Position numbers and translations under genes: made by a program
Part shown: piece after piece, positions 55,990 through 64,000 of the stretch
Position numbering within the stretch: position 1 is the stretch's first letter
Layout: the number at the start of each line of letters is the position of its first letter
The notes under the pieces: model-generated
Database searches by the model: none
What the model was told of the DNA's origin: nothing
What the model saw: only the letters and a program-made list of their open reading frames with translations
Virus genome (UHGV): UHGV-0015805
Reading direction: 5' to 3' (one strand)
Length of the DNA: 64,000 bases
Source of the DNA: a virus

Positions 55990-57028
55990 TGGAATTATCT
56001 CCTAATATATTATTTATTTTTGCCTTAAAAGAACCATCCATAATTTCAACATAGCTCAACGCAAGATATTTATAGCCACAAGATTTGGCATATTCCATTT
56101 TATAGTTATCACGCCATTGCAAATCTTTTAGCCATTCGCCTTGCGTCTTGTCTCCAAGCCAACACTTTGGAGCACATGGCAAATAATGCTGTATGCCATG
56201 CACCTCTATAATAATATTGTGCCCTACTATTTCATTATCAAACGGCATTCTACTGCCCGTATTCGGATTTATTGGTACAATAGCGCAAGCGTACTCATGC
56301 AATGTCTGCAACCCAAGACACTTATTGATATAGTGTTTAACGGCAAGCTCTATGCTTGAATCGGTCATCTCGCCCAGGCAATCAGGGCACATTAAATCAT
56401 AAACCCTTGAATATAAAGCAAGTGCACTTGTCTTATATTCCTTTCCGCACTTAGGACATATAATATAAACGTCCCTATGGCTTTTTGCAGTAAGCTCATT
56501 CGGAGCGCGGTCGTTTTTGTCACTCCAAATATTAGAAAGTTCTACGTCTGGATATTTAGATATCAACGAATCCATTAAGCTACCATTTTCTCTTATTGAA
56601 TTTAACGACCTTTTGTACGCAACATATTCCTTTATAGATTTGAACCCATGCTTCTTACACTCATTACACGCCGTTATCTTGCCAGATGTCAAATCATATA
56701 CAGCCACTTCAATGGTGTTCCCACATTTGCATCTACACTTCCATAAAAATCCATTCTTAGTAACTATATATGTGTTCTCGATTGCGACTAATGTCCCAAA
56801 TGTTCTGCCTTGCAAATTGGCCGTTCGTCTTATGGATGAATCTTTATCTCTAATGCACCCACAGCTAAGAGATGCTCCGCTTTTAAGGTGTGTGCCCATA
56901 ACAGATTTAATATTGCCACACGAACATCTACATATCCATCTAATATGCCCAGCAGAGTTCTCTTCGTCCTTATGCAATACTTGCCATTCTCCAAATTCCA
57001 GCCCAGTCAAATCTTTGAATTTCCCCAT
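55973..57028 (-). CDS. free-standing homing endonuclease (Vsr/DUF559-like nuclease C-terminus; N-terminal zinc-finger module shared with the early HNH protein)
   Basis: IIIEVHGIQHY...WRD (PD-(D/E)xK-like); CSCGNIKSVMGTHLKSGASLSCGC and CKCGNTIEVAVYDLTSGKITACNEC; RBS GGAGG. Confidence 0.55.
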   Translation of the reverse strand: MGKFKDLTGLEFGEWQVLHKDEENSAGHIRWICRCSCGNIKSVMGTHLKSGASLSCGCIRDKDSSIRRTANLQGRTFGTLVAIENTYIVTKNGFLWKCRCKCGNTIEVAVYDLTSGKITACNECKKHGFKSIKEYVAYKRSLNSIRENGSLMDSLISKYPDVELSNIWSDKNDRAPNELTAKSHRDVYIICPKCGKEYKTSALALYSRVYDLMCPDCLGEMTDSSIELAVKHYINKCLGLQTLHEYACAIVPINPNTGSRMPFDNEIVGHNIIIEVHGIQHYLPCAPKCWLGDKTQGEWLKDLQWRDNYKMEYAKSCGYKYLALSYVEIMDGSFKAKINNILGDNSNDDCI

Positions 57029-57194
57029 ATAATATCAACCTCCGTTAAAAGTTAATATTAAGCGGTAATCCAAGTATTAACGGTACTTGAAAACACCCGT
57101 CGGTGCTGTCCCGCTGTTCATCCTCATTCAAGCATCTCACGGCTTGCATATTCCCAAATAAAACCTTTTGATGTTTTTCGCTTTCCTTAATATA

Positions 57195-57380
57195 TCAAGG
57201 CTCATAACTAATATCCGCTAAAAACCTCAATAACTTTTTAGTGCGCTTGAACCACAGAAAGCCGTCAGCGTCTTTATACTTAGGCGGGATTCCTGCGGCA
57301 TGTGCACCATTCGCAATAGGTCCGTCGAGACAGATATACTGGTCAAGTTCATCGTCTTTTGGACTTCCAAGAATAATCAT
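57195..57380 (-). CDS. small protein, paralog copy 1
   Basis: See 55293-55472. Confidence 0.45.
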   Translation of the reverse strand: MIILGSPKDDELDQYICLDGPIANGAHAAGIPPKYKDADGFLWFKRTKKLLRFLADISYEP

Positions 57381-57396
57381 ATCTTACCCCTGCTTC

Positions 57397-58965
57397 TTAA
57401 TCGGCATACAATTCGCGGCTTGCCTCGGTCGCAGCATCTACCGCTCCTTCTTCGCGCGGTCTGCCACCTTCTGATTCCTGCGAAGTTGTATTGATGTTTA
57501 CCATAAGTTGGCTATATTGCTCAAGCCATCCAGTGTTCTTGCTCTCTCTCAAAGCCGCCTCAAACAATGCGGGGTTCTGCCCTAAAACAGATGCCCAAGC
57601 AGATGGCGGCAAAACAATGCCCCTGTCTGCCAATTTGTTAATTTGGTCAAATCTTTGAGTGCGATCATATCTATATGTCGCGCCGTCAAATGTAAACTTG
57701 AACTTATACTTCTTTGTCATTTGATTAACAAAGAAATCCATAAAGTTGTTAAACTGTGCATACATTGGACGCATGGTTTGATAAACTTCGTTCTGTTGCG
57801 CCTCAAGTTCCGCCGCGCTTACTCTGTCAGTAGAATAAATAACGCGACTAATGCCAGTGCCACTTGCAGCAGTTGTAGCAACCTGGTCTTTATACATGTC
57901 GCCGTTTTTATCCTCAAACTGGAACAGTTTGTTATCTTCGGTCGGCATTGCCCCCAATTTAACAAGAGAACCGAATCCCGCCTTTGCCTTTGCCATAAGC
58001 TGCCCAAGCAGTTTAAGGTTAATTGCAAACTGGTCTTTTTGTTCGCCCGATTTTGCACCATCATAAAGCCTGATTGTGCCGACAAGAATTGCATATGCAG
58101 AAATCAGGTCTTTATTATATTGCAGGCGCTCAACTTCTTCGTCTCGAAGAATATTCTTGACAAAAGATGCCAAGAACGGTACGGGAGAAAATGTTGATGG
58201 GTCCATTTTGAAAGTATAGGCTCCAAGAACAGGTGACGCATCTGCCCACAAAGCATATGTGCCAGTTCGCTTATTTAATGGCGCAGACGGTTTATAATCA
58301 ATGCCAGGAGATTCCATGACTCGCTCATACATCTTGCGTACAGCGGGGTCAAATTCGCCAATGTCGACGCCCGGTTGCATAAAGTATGTCATGTCCATTG
58401 AGTAAAGTAAGCCCTTTTCCCAATAGCCCGTAATCATACATCTGTCCTGCGGCATCATCTGCAATGCATACCGCATTTTCTTATTGCCATTGCCAGGCTT
58501 TGATTTGCGGAACCATGTGAAATATGTTTCGCGCCGCATAACATTCATCAGAACATTATGGAATTCTTTCTTGTAATCAAAGTTAAGAAGAAAGTCCTCG
58601 ACCCGCGCTTTATCTTTTACATATTCAGCGCTTTCATAGTCCGCCTTTGTATATGCATTTGTGCACACATAAGACAGGTCAAGCGCCAAAGAATTTACAT
58701 AAGAATACAGGGTGCGCTTGAATATCATGTTGAATTGAGCCGCGAACTCATTATACATTTGCAGATTTTCAGGACACGAATTAAAATCAACCAATGCCTT
58801 TTGAATGGCATCATAAGACGGGACGCCTTTTATTGTATTCAAATTCTGCAAAAGTTCATTTGATAAAAATGGCGAATAGTAATTAGAATCCATAAAGGCA
58901 AGCCCCTCAGAAAACTTTATAATGTCCTCAAGCTCTTCTCTTTCAAGCCTTTCTTTTCCGTTCAC
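57397..58965 (-). CDS. portal protein
   Basis: 522 aa immediately downstream of the terminase; GTG start with RBS AAGGAGGTG. Confidence 0.55.
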   Translation of the reverse strand: MNGKERLEREELEDIIKFSEGLAFMDSNYYSPFLSNELLQNLNTIKGVPSYDAIQKALVDFNSCPENLQMYNEFAAQFNMIFKRTLYSYVNSLALDLSYVCTNAYTKADYESAEYVKDKARVEDFLLNFDYKKEFHNVLMNVMRRETYFTWFRKSKPGNGNKKMRYALQMMPQDRCMITGYWEKGLLYSMDMTYFMQPGVDIGEFDPAVRKMYERVMESPGIDYKPSAPLNKRTGTYALWADASPVLGAYTFKMDPSTFSPVPFLASFVKNILRDEEVERLQYNKDLISAYAILVGTIRLYDGAKSGEQKDQFAINLKLLGQLMAKAKAGFGSLVKLGAMPTEDNKLFQFEDKNGDMYKDQVATTAASGTGISRVIYSTDRVSAAELEAQQNEVYQTMRPMYAQFNNFMDFFVNQMTKKYKFKFTFDGATYRYDRTQRFDQINKLADRGIVLPPSAWASVLGQNPALFEAALRESKNTGWLEQYSQLMVNINTTSQESEGGRPREEGAVDAATEASRELYAD

Positions 58966-58986
58966 ACCGCACCTCCTTTCTGTCCA

Positions 58987-59967
58987 TTAATATACAAGTT
59001 GTAAATCGTCAATATCATAATCTTCATCGTCATTGGTCAGGCGTTTATTCCATTCCATTTCGATTTTATCGATTACAATATTGACATAAGACATAACAAC
59101 AACGCGGTCTTTGGTCGCCTTATTGTCTTCTTTAAGATATAGATTGTCTCCCTTTATTTCTGTGTTAAGCTTGATTGCTTCCTGAATAAGCAGGTCTGTC
59201 TCGCCATAAGGGGCAAGCTTGTCTGCTAATTCTTCTGAGGTCAATTTGAAGTATTCGCCCGAATCTTCAAGCTCTTGCTGTTTGTCCGCCATAGATACAA
59301 GCATCTTTATGTCGTTACATTCAAGATGCTTTCTAAGTGCAAGCCACCAAACACCATTCTTTTGTGCCGAGCCCTGTGCAGGAATAATGCATGGGACAGC
59401 ATCTTTATCAACCGTCCGCATACGCAAATCGGCAAGCTTTGATTCTGTTACGAGGTGATAGTTAAAATTCTGAGCGACTGTCAATCCTCGTGAATCCCAC
59501 ATATAGCCGCGCCTTGGATGCGTCCTTTTTTCGGTCATAAGGTTATATAGTGTTTCGCCGCCCGCTCTAAGGTCGTTTACAATAAAGTCTGCGTTATAGT
59601 CCCAAAACAGCTCTCTAACGCGCCATTGCGCGCCTGTACTGTCTGAGGCGGGCCATTGTTCCATATATTCAAGACTACGGATGAACCGACCGTTTTTCCA
59701 GACAGCCGACCAGCACTCAATAATTGTATTATCGTTGCCGTATCCCGTCTTAAATGTTGTGTTCGCAAATGCGTAGTCAACGCCAACAAGCCGTATTTCG
59801 TCCGCTTGTTTTTCTCTGAACGGCGGCTTTGTGTTCGCCAATACCTGTGTATCGGTAGGCGGAACATATGCCTCTGGAATTTCTTGATTGTCCTTAAAAT
59901 TCTTTAGGCTAAAGAATGCACCTTCGGGACTACCCTGTGTTTCATTTTCCATCTCCATTGAAAACAT
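58987..59967 (-). CDS. terL: terminase large subunit, 3' exon (RNase H-like nuclease domain)
   Basis: IRLVGVDYAF first catalytic Asp motif; about 320-aa nuclease-domain-sized ORF. Confidence 0.65.
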   Translation of the reverse strand: MFSMEMENETQGSPEGAFFSLKNFKDNQEIPEAYVPPTDTQVLANTKPPFREKQADEIRLVGVDYAFANTTFKTGYGNDNTIIECWSAVWKNGRFIRSLEYMEQWPASDSTGAQWRVRELFWDYNADFIVNDLRAGGETLYNLMTEKRTHPRRGYMWDSRGLTVAQNFNYHLVTESKLADLRMRTVDKDAVPCIIPAQGSAQKNGVWWLALRKHLECNDIKMLVSMADKQQELEDSGEYFKLTSEELADKLAPYGETDLLIQEAIKLNTEIKGDNLYLKEDNKATKDRVVVMSYVNIVIDKIEMEWNKRLTNDDEDYDIDDLQLVY

Positions 59968-61185
59968 TTTTTTAAACTATTTTTTTTGAGGTTAATTATA
60001 TATATTGCCAGTGAAATCCATATGCGATCCGTTGTTGCCCGCGACAACACTTGGAAATTGAGGACGGGTCCTTGTTCAAGGCACGACCCGCCTCAGCCAC
60101 GGATTCATAAGTAACTCCCGTTTCGACACACATCAGCTTCTTCCCACCAATGTTAAGATGTGCAATCCGCGATTGATCTCGCATCTCCTCTGTCCAAATT
60201 CGATTTTTATTATATCTTCTAAGATGCTCTTTTACGCTTTCTGGACATTTGTGCCCTACTCCGTTCCTCTTACCTTTCATCCTCTCCGACCTACGACGGC
60301 ATATTTCTTCCGAAAGCTTCCATGTTTTGCCTTTTACATTTTGGTTGCCCATTATACTTTGGCTTATTTTATTTCTTGTTTCTTCGGAATGTTTTTTGCC
60401 GAACATGTGATTATCTTTCCCGCATTTTATTTGTTCCGGGTGTTCTTTAAAACGTTTTTTAGCTATTTCGCTCATTCTCTTCTTGTCTTCTTCTCTGTGA
60501 CGATATCCTTTTGTGCTTTCTGCTATCGGACATATATTGTATCCGACATCTCTGTCGGCACTATCATAAAAATCTATCCAATACTGCTCGCGTTGTGTTA
60601 AATTTTCGTGCGATACGCCTCTTTCCAACACTTCAACACTAAAGTTATCAAATCCATACTTTTTAATAGCCATGCAGATACGCCTATTTGTATCTTCGCG
60701 TAAGTATTGTTTCATACGAGTATAAAAATCCACCGTCTGCCCGACATAAACCTTCCCGTTTATTAGGTTTCGCCATAAATAAATGCAACTAAAAGAAAAT
60801 TTCTTTTTATCATTAACCTCAAAAATATTCATGCTATAAAATCCTTCCTGCAATAAAGATTATTATTCAAGAACAAATGGGGTAATTTGTTCGTTTGCAG
60901 ACGAACAAAAACAATTTGCAACTTGCTGTCCCCCATTGTTCTTTTAAGCACAGGTCGCTACTCCTCGTTTCTCTCGTTTTTTTGAGAGACTGCATGTTTC
61001 CATGCAGATAAGACTATATCTTCACTTTGCTTTTATGCAAAGGCATACCACTTCCACAACCAATCGCTTGTTGTGTACTCCCTTACGGGATAGTCGTTGA
61101 ACGTTCCTCTATTCAAAGCTTCGCTGCTGATTGCCCAATTTTTATCATTTTCTCGCATATCACACTTAGCCTTATTTCATGCTTA
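59968..61185 (-). mobile_element. group I intron with GIY-YIG endonuclease ORF splitting the terminase large subunit gene
   Basis: Minus-sense AATCAGCAGCGAAGC (Q-like) and GTTCAACGACTATCCCGTAAGGGAGTAC (R element plus GNRA hairpin). ATPase and nuclease domains lie in separate ORFs on either side. Boundaries approximate. Confidence 0.6.
59996..60832 (-). CDS. GIY-YIG homing endonuclease (I-TevI-like, NUMOD repeats)
   Basis: IYLWRNLINGKVYVGQT..F..R...Y GIY-YIG motif; repeated H..E.R.KIS motifs; C-terminal DNA-binding module. Confidence 0.8.
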   Translation of the reverse strand: MNIFEVNDKKKFSFSCIYLWRNLINGKVYVGQTVDFYTRMKQYLREDTNRRICMAIKKYGFDNFSVEVLERGVSHENLTQREQYWIDFYDSADRDVGYNICPIAESTKGYRHREEDKKRMSEIAKKRFKEHPEQIKCGKDNHMFGKKHSEETRNKISQSIMGNQNVKGKTWKLSEEICRRRSERMKGKRNGVGHKCPESVKEHLRRYNKNRIWTEEMRDQSRIAHLNIGGKKLMCVETGVTYESVAEAGRALNKDPSSISKCCRGQQRIAYGFHWQYI

Positions 61186-62067
61186 TGTTGTAGCTGATAA
61201 AACTCTAAGGGTGTTCCAGCAATTCAATATGTTTAATGCGAACCTTTTCAAATCCGCTTTGGACATTTTCTTCTTTGCCTTTCGGTAGTCCGCCCATGTT
61301 CGGCTTCCTTCTTGAATTGCAGTATAAATGTCCTCTGCCATAGGAATGTACTTCTCGTGCTTTGATGTATAATAGCCCTCAACGCATTTTCTGTATTCTC
61401 TGATAAACCATTCCCACTCATACCGAGTAGATGAAATATAGCAAGATTTTGCTGCCTTTATCCACCTATCTGTTTTATACTTAGGGTCAAGTGTAAATGG
61501 CGCAGGACGCTCATGCCCCATTGGCTCAAATACTGAGTCAAGAATTGCTTTCTTCAGCAATCGCGTCTCTTCATATATCGTAAATGTAGAACGCATACCA
61601 CGGGCGTTTTCAGAACACACAGCGACCGTTGTCGTTGATTCATTTAATGTGTTCGTTAAGACGAAAACACCCTCATCAAGCATTTTAACTGTCAAATAGC
61701 CCTTCTCATACAAATACTTCAAATATGGCGAATATTTCTTAATGATTTCTTTTATCATCTTATCTCTTACAAGTCTTGCGGACTGCGGGATAGAAGATGA
61801 TGTAACAACAATTTCTGAATGCGGATATAAACTCATTGCACAAAATGCAGCAACGCCAACAATAAAAGACTTCGCCGTTGAACGAGACGAAAAATCCCAA
61901 TATTCGTCGGCAACGCCGATCATGTGCAATTTCAGCTTCTGCACAGGATATAGCTTAATACCAAGGACCTCTTCAGCAAATAAGTCCCAATTCCTGCGAT
62001 AATAAGTTATCCACTTTTTGACATTTTCGGACTTGCGGAATTGTTCGTTTTCTCTTGCGGTCGGCAT
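61183..62067 (-). CDS. terL: terminase large subunit, 5' exon (ATPase domain)
   Basis: LYPVQKLKLHMI and SSRSTAKSF (Walker A-like), typical of the TerL N-terminus; last residues probably intron-encoded. Confidence 0.65.
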   Translation of the reverse strand: MPTARENEQFRKSENVKKWITYYRRNWDLFAEEVLGIKLYPVQKLKLHMIGVADEYWDFSSRSTAKSFIVGVAAFCAMSLYPHSEIVVTSSSIPQSARLVRDKMIKEIIKKYSPYLKYLYEKGYLTVKMLDEGVFVLTNTLNESTTTVAVCSENARGMRSTFTIYEETRLLKKAILDSVFEPMGHERPAPFTLDPKYKTDRWIKAAKSCYISSTRYEWEWFIREYRKCVEGYYTSKHEKYIPMAEDIYTAIQEGSRTWADYRKAKKKMSKADLKRFALNILNCWNTLRVLSATT

Positions 62068-62957
62068 TACAACTGCTCCTTAGGAATATTGGGGTAGTTC
62101 TTCGTCCCCGCAATCATATTCTGCATTGACCGCATCCAATCATTATATATTTTCTCATAGCCCTTAACATCCTTATACCGCTCCTCATCCGTCAATTCAG
62201 CAGGCTCAGTATTCTCAAATTTCCATGCCAAGTGGTCTATGTATCTATCTTCGTCCGATTTTGTATTGTCTCTGAAATCATCTATGCGCAACAATTTCAT
62301 CCATTTCAGGATTTCATCAGTTGTAGATTTTGTTTCTTCGCCCGCTTCGCTTTCTTTCTTAAAGCGCAAATTGCATTTGCATAAAGACCTATATGCCTTT
62401 TCCGCCGAAACAGATATGGCTTCGAGGTCGCGCGTGTAGTCCAAATATTCTCTTTCAAGCCAATCCCAATCATCGGCTGTATAATCGCCCCAACGCGCTC
62501 TATACTTGTTTGCGTCTGCGAGATGGCGGTCAATATCCTTAACTTCGCCACCAACGCCCGTCTTTATCATGTCGGACAACATGGCATCTGATTGCCAAAA
62601 GCCCTCATATACGCGATTTAAGTTAGCAAGCGAAATCAAGTAGAATGTGATTAAATCACCCGTTTTGTCGTTTTCATACATTTCAGATGCAGCATACCAC
62701 GCCTCCAAAATGAACGGAACGCCCATCTGCGCCAAAACAAGCCACAGTGCCGCCATCGGCTTTTCTACCTTATCTGTGTAGTCTTTAAGTAATCTTTTGC
62801 CACACCTGCGGCACACAAAAAATTGCATGTTGGGAACGGATGTCGTTGAGTAAAAATCGCTTATTGGCTTTCTTGACCCACAGGCAACGCACAGCCGCAC
62901 ATTCCTGCTATCCGCCCTAATGCTTTTGGTCGGAGCTTTCTTTTTTGCTGTCGGCAC
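62067..62957 (-). CDS. putative terminase small subunit (N-terminal zinc ribbon)
   Basis: Sits directly upstream of terL with a TAATG overlap; CVACG...CRRCG. Confidence 0.35.
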   Translation of the reverse strand: MPTAKKKAPTKSIRADSRNVRLCVACGSRKPISDFYSTTSVPNMQFFVCRRCGKRLLKDYTDKVEKPMAALWLVLAQMGVPFILEAWYAASEMYENDKTGDLITFYLISLANLNRVYEGFWQSDAMLSDMIKTGVGGEVKDIDRHLADANKYRARWGDYTADDWDWLEREYLDYTRDLEAISVSAEKAYRSLCKCNLRFKKESEAGEETKSTTDEILKWMKLLRIDDFRDNTKSDEDRYIDHLAWKFENTEPAELTDEERYKDVKGYEKIYNDWMRSMQNMIAGTKNYPNIPKEQL

Positions 62958-62983
62958 CGCCCCACCTCCATTTATTCAATTGC

Positions 62984-63008
62984 AAAAGAAAGAAGAGCGA
63001 GAAAACCC
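62984..63008 (-). terminator. hairpin terminator upstream of the packaging genes
   Basis: Minus-sense gaagagcgggttttctcgctcttc followed by tttcttttg. Confidence 0.4.
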
Positions 63009-63019
63009 GCTCTTCAAAC

Positions 63020-63856
63020 TTAATTCAAATAGTATATCTTATTCAATTCTCGTCCAAGCTCGCTGTACAATGCGAAGTAAGCGCCCGCACGAGAATTCTT
63101 TAGAATCTTCTTAGCGTATGTGTCCGTTCCACAAATTGACGGCACACGAATAACTTCGCGGTTTCCAACCGCTCCGACACCAGCCGCCTTTGTTTCGCTT
63201 CTATGCAAGTGTCCTGCATACAGGCAGTCAATCTCAATGTCATACAGATTTTCATAATAATCCATAAGACTTACAAGGTCGCCTGTCTCGCCATGAGCGA
63301 ACAACAAGTTCGACCCATAAAGATTAGTAAAGAAAACATCACCATAAGGCTCAACATTCACGCCATAAACATCAACAAGCCTCAAATCCATAAAAGCATG
63401 AATAACCTTTGCGAGCGATTCTTCTGGAAATTCAGGCGTCTGTGTCAATACTCTTGACACATCATGGTTACCGGAAATGATGGCGAACCGAATCGGAACG
63501 CCAAGCCGCTTATTCGCTTCTACGAGCCACTGGCTCATAAATTCAGCAAACTCAATAGTAGAATCAATAACTCCATGCCGCAACTTCTGAAGCGAACTCA
63601 TGCGCAGAATGTTCTCAACGGCATCGCCCGCACTGACCACGAACAACTGGTCGTAATCAAAGCGGTCGTTTTCCATCATTGCAAGCAAATGCCACATTCG
63701 TGTCTTGAACACATCTTTGTCGTACTTATTAACGGTCTCGCCGTAAAGCCCCTTAATTTCAAAGGTCGAATCAAAATGCTCATCAGAAATAATCAACAGC
63801 CCTGTTGTTTCAGCGGGATAGGTATAATCCATGTGAACGGGCTGAATCTTCGGCAA
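63020..63856 (-). CDS. calcineurin-like metallophosphoesterase; ORF continues upstream beyond the window end
   Basis: ISDEHF, GDAVE, GNHD and GHLH motifs; the frame stays open upstream to position 64000. Confidence 0.6.
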   Translation of the reverse strand: MPKIQPVHMDYTYPAETTGLLIISDEHFDSTFEIKGLYGETVNKYDKDVFKTRMWHLLAMMENDRFDYDQLFVVSAGDAVENILRMSSLQKLRHGVIDSTIEFAEFMSQWLVEANKRLGVPIRFAIISGNHDVSRVLTQTPEFPEESLAKVIHAFMDLRLVDVYGVNVEPYGDVFFTNLYGSNLLFAHGETGDLVSLMDYYENLYDIEIDCLYAGHLHRSETKAAGVGAVGNREVIRVPSICGTDTYAKKILKNSRAGAYFALYSELGRELNKIYYLN

Positions 63857-64000
63857 CTTGCCAATTGCTTCTTCAATCTGTTCCGTCAGAAGCTCTTGCC
63901 TTGCAACCTTTCTGAAGTATTCTTGGTGCTCGAGATTCGCAGTTTCAATCTTCTTGCGCTCTTTGATTAGTGCGTCAGTAGCATCTTTGAGTTCGTCAAT

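Noticed and set aside
57029-57194. Possible group I intron 5' region upstream of the 55973-57028 endonuclease
   Set aside because: It lacks the Q/R elements and the shared 5' motif seen in the other four insertions. It is interpreted as a free-standing endonuclease between duplicated genes.
63464-63970. 168-aa plus-strand ORF
   Set aside because: Antisense to the metallophosphoesterase gene, whose frame continues to the window end.
1-64000. CRISPR arrays
   Set aside because: No spaced direct repeats were found. The only tandem repeats are the 21-bp duplication, the (GA)10 tract and the A8G12 tract.

Overview
This window looks like most of a tailed-phage (siphovirus-like) genome or prophage from a low-GC, Firmicutes-like host (~38-40% GC, AGGAGG ribosome-binding sites, TTGACA-17-TATAAT promoters with TG-extended -10). 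Positions 1-20281 are a plus-strand early/replication module: DnaE-type PolIII alpha, Sak4-like ATPase plus a DUF669-like SSB partner, DnaB-like helicase, CHC2/TOPRIM primase, RecD-like helicase, an HNH endonuclease, a ThyX-like protein and many small Cys-rich zinc-ribbon proteins. It also carries a dense DNA-methylation/anti-restriction set: a phage Dam-type N6A methyltransferase, a second D12-class Dam whose reading frame passes through a (GA)10 tract, a two-part circularly permuted C5 methyltransferase ending in an A8G12 homopolymer, and a Lar-like protein. Positions 20341-64000 are a minus-strand late module: small terminase, large terminase, portal, head proteins, major capsid, major tail, chaperones, tape measure, GH25 lysin, Dit/Tal-like proteins and tail fibres. 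The large terminase, the tape measure gene (twice) and probably the capsid gene are interrupted by group I-like introns that share Q/R core elements and carry endonuclease ORFs; one intron instead carries its own promoter and a small membrane protein. A further free-standing endonuclease cassette is flanked by two copies of a 60-aa gene. I found no tRNA genes and no CRISPR arrays. Every call is from reading the sequence and from memory of protein families; no searches were run.
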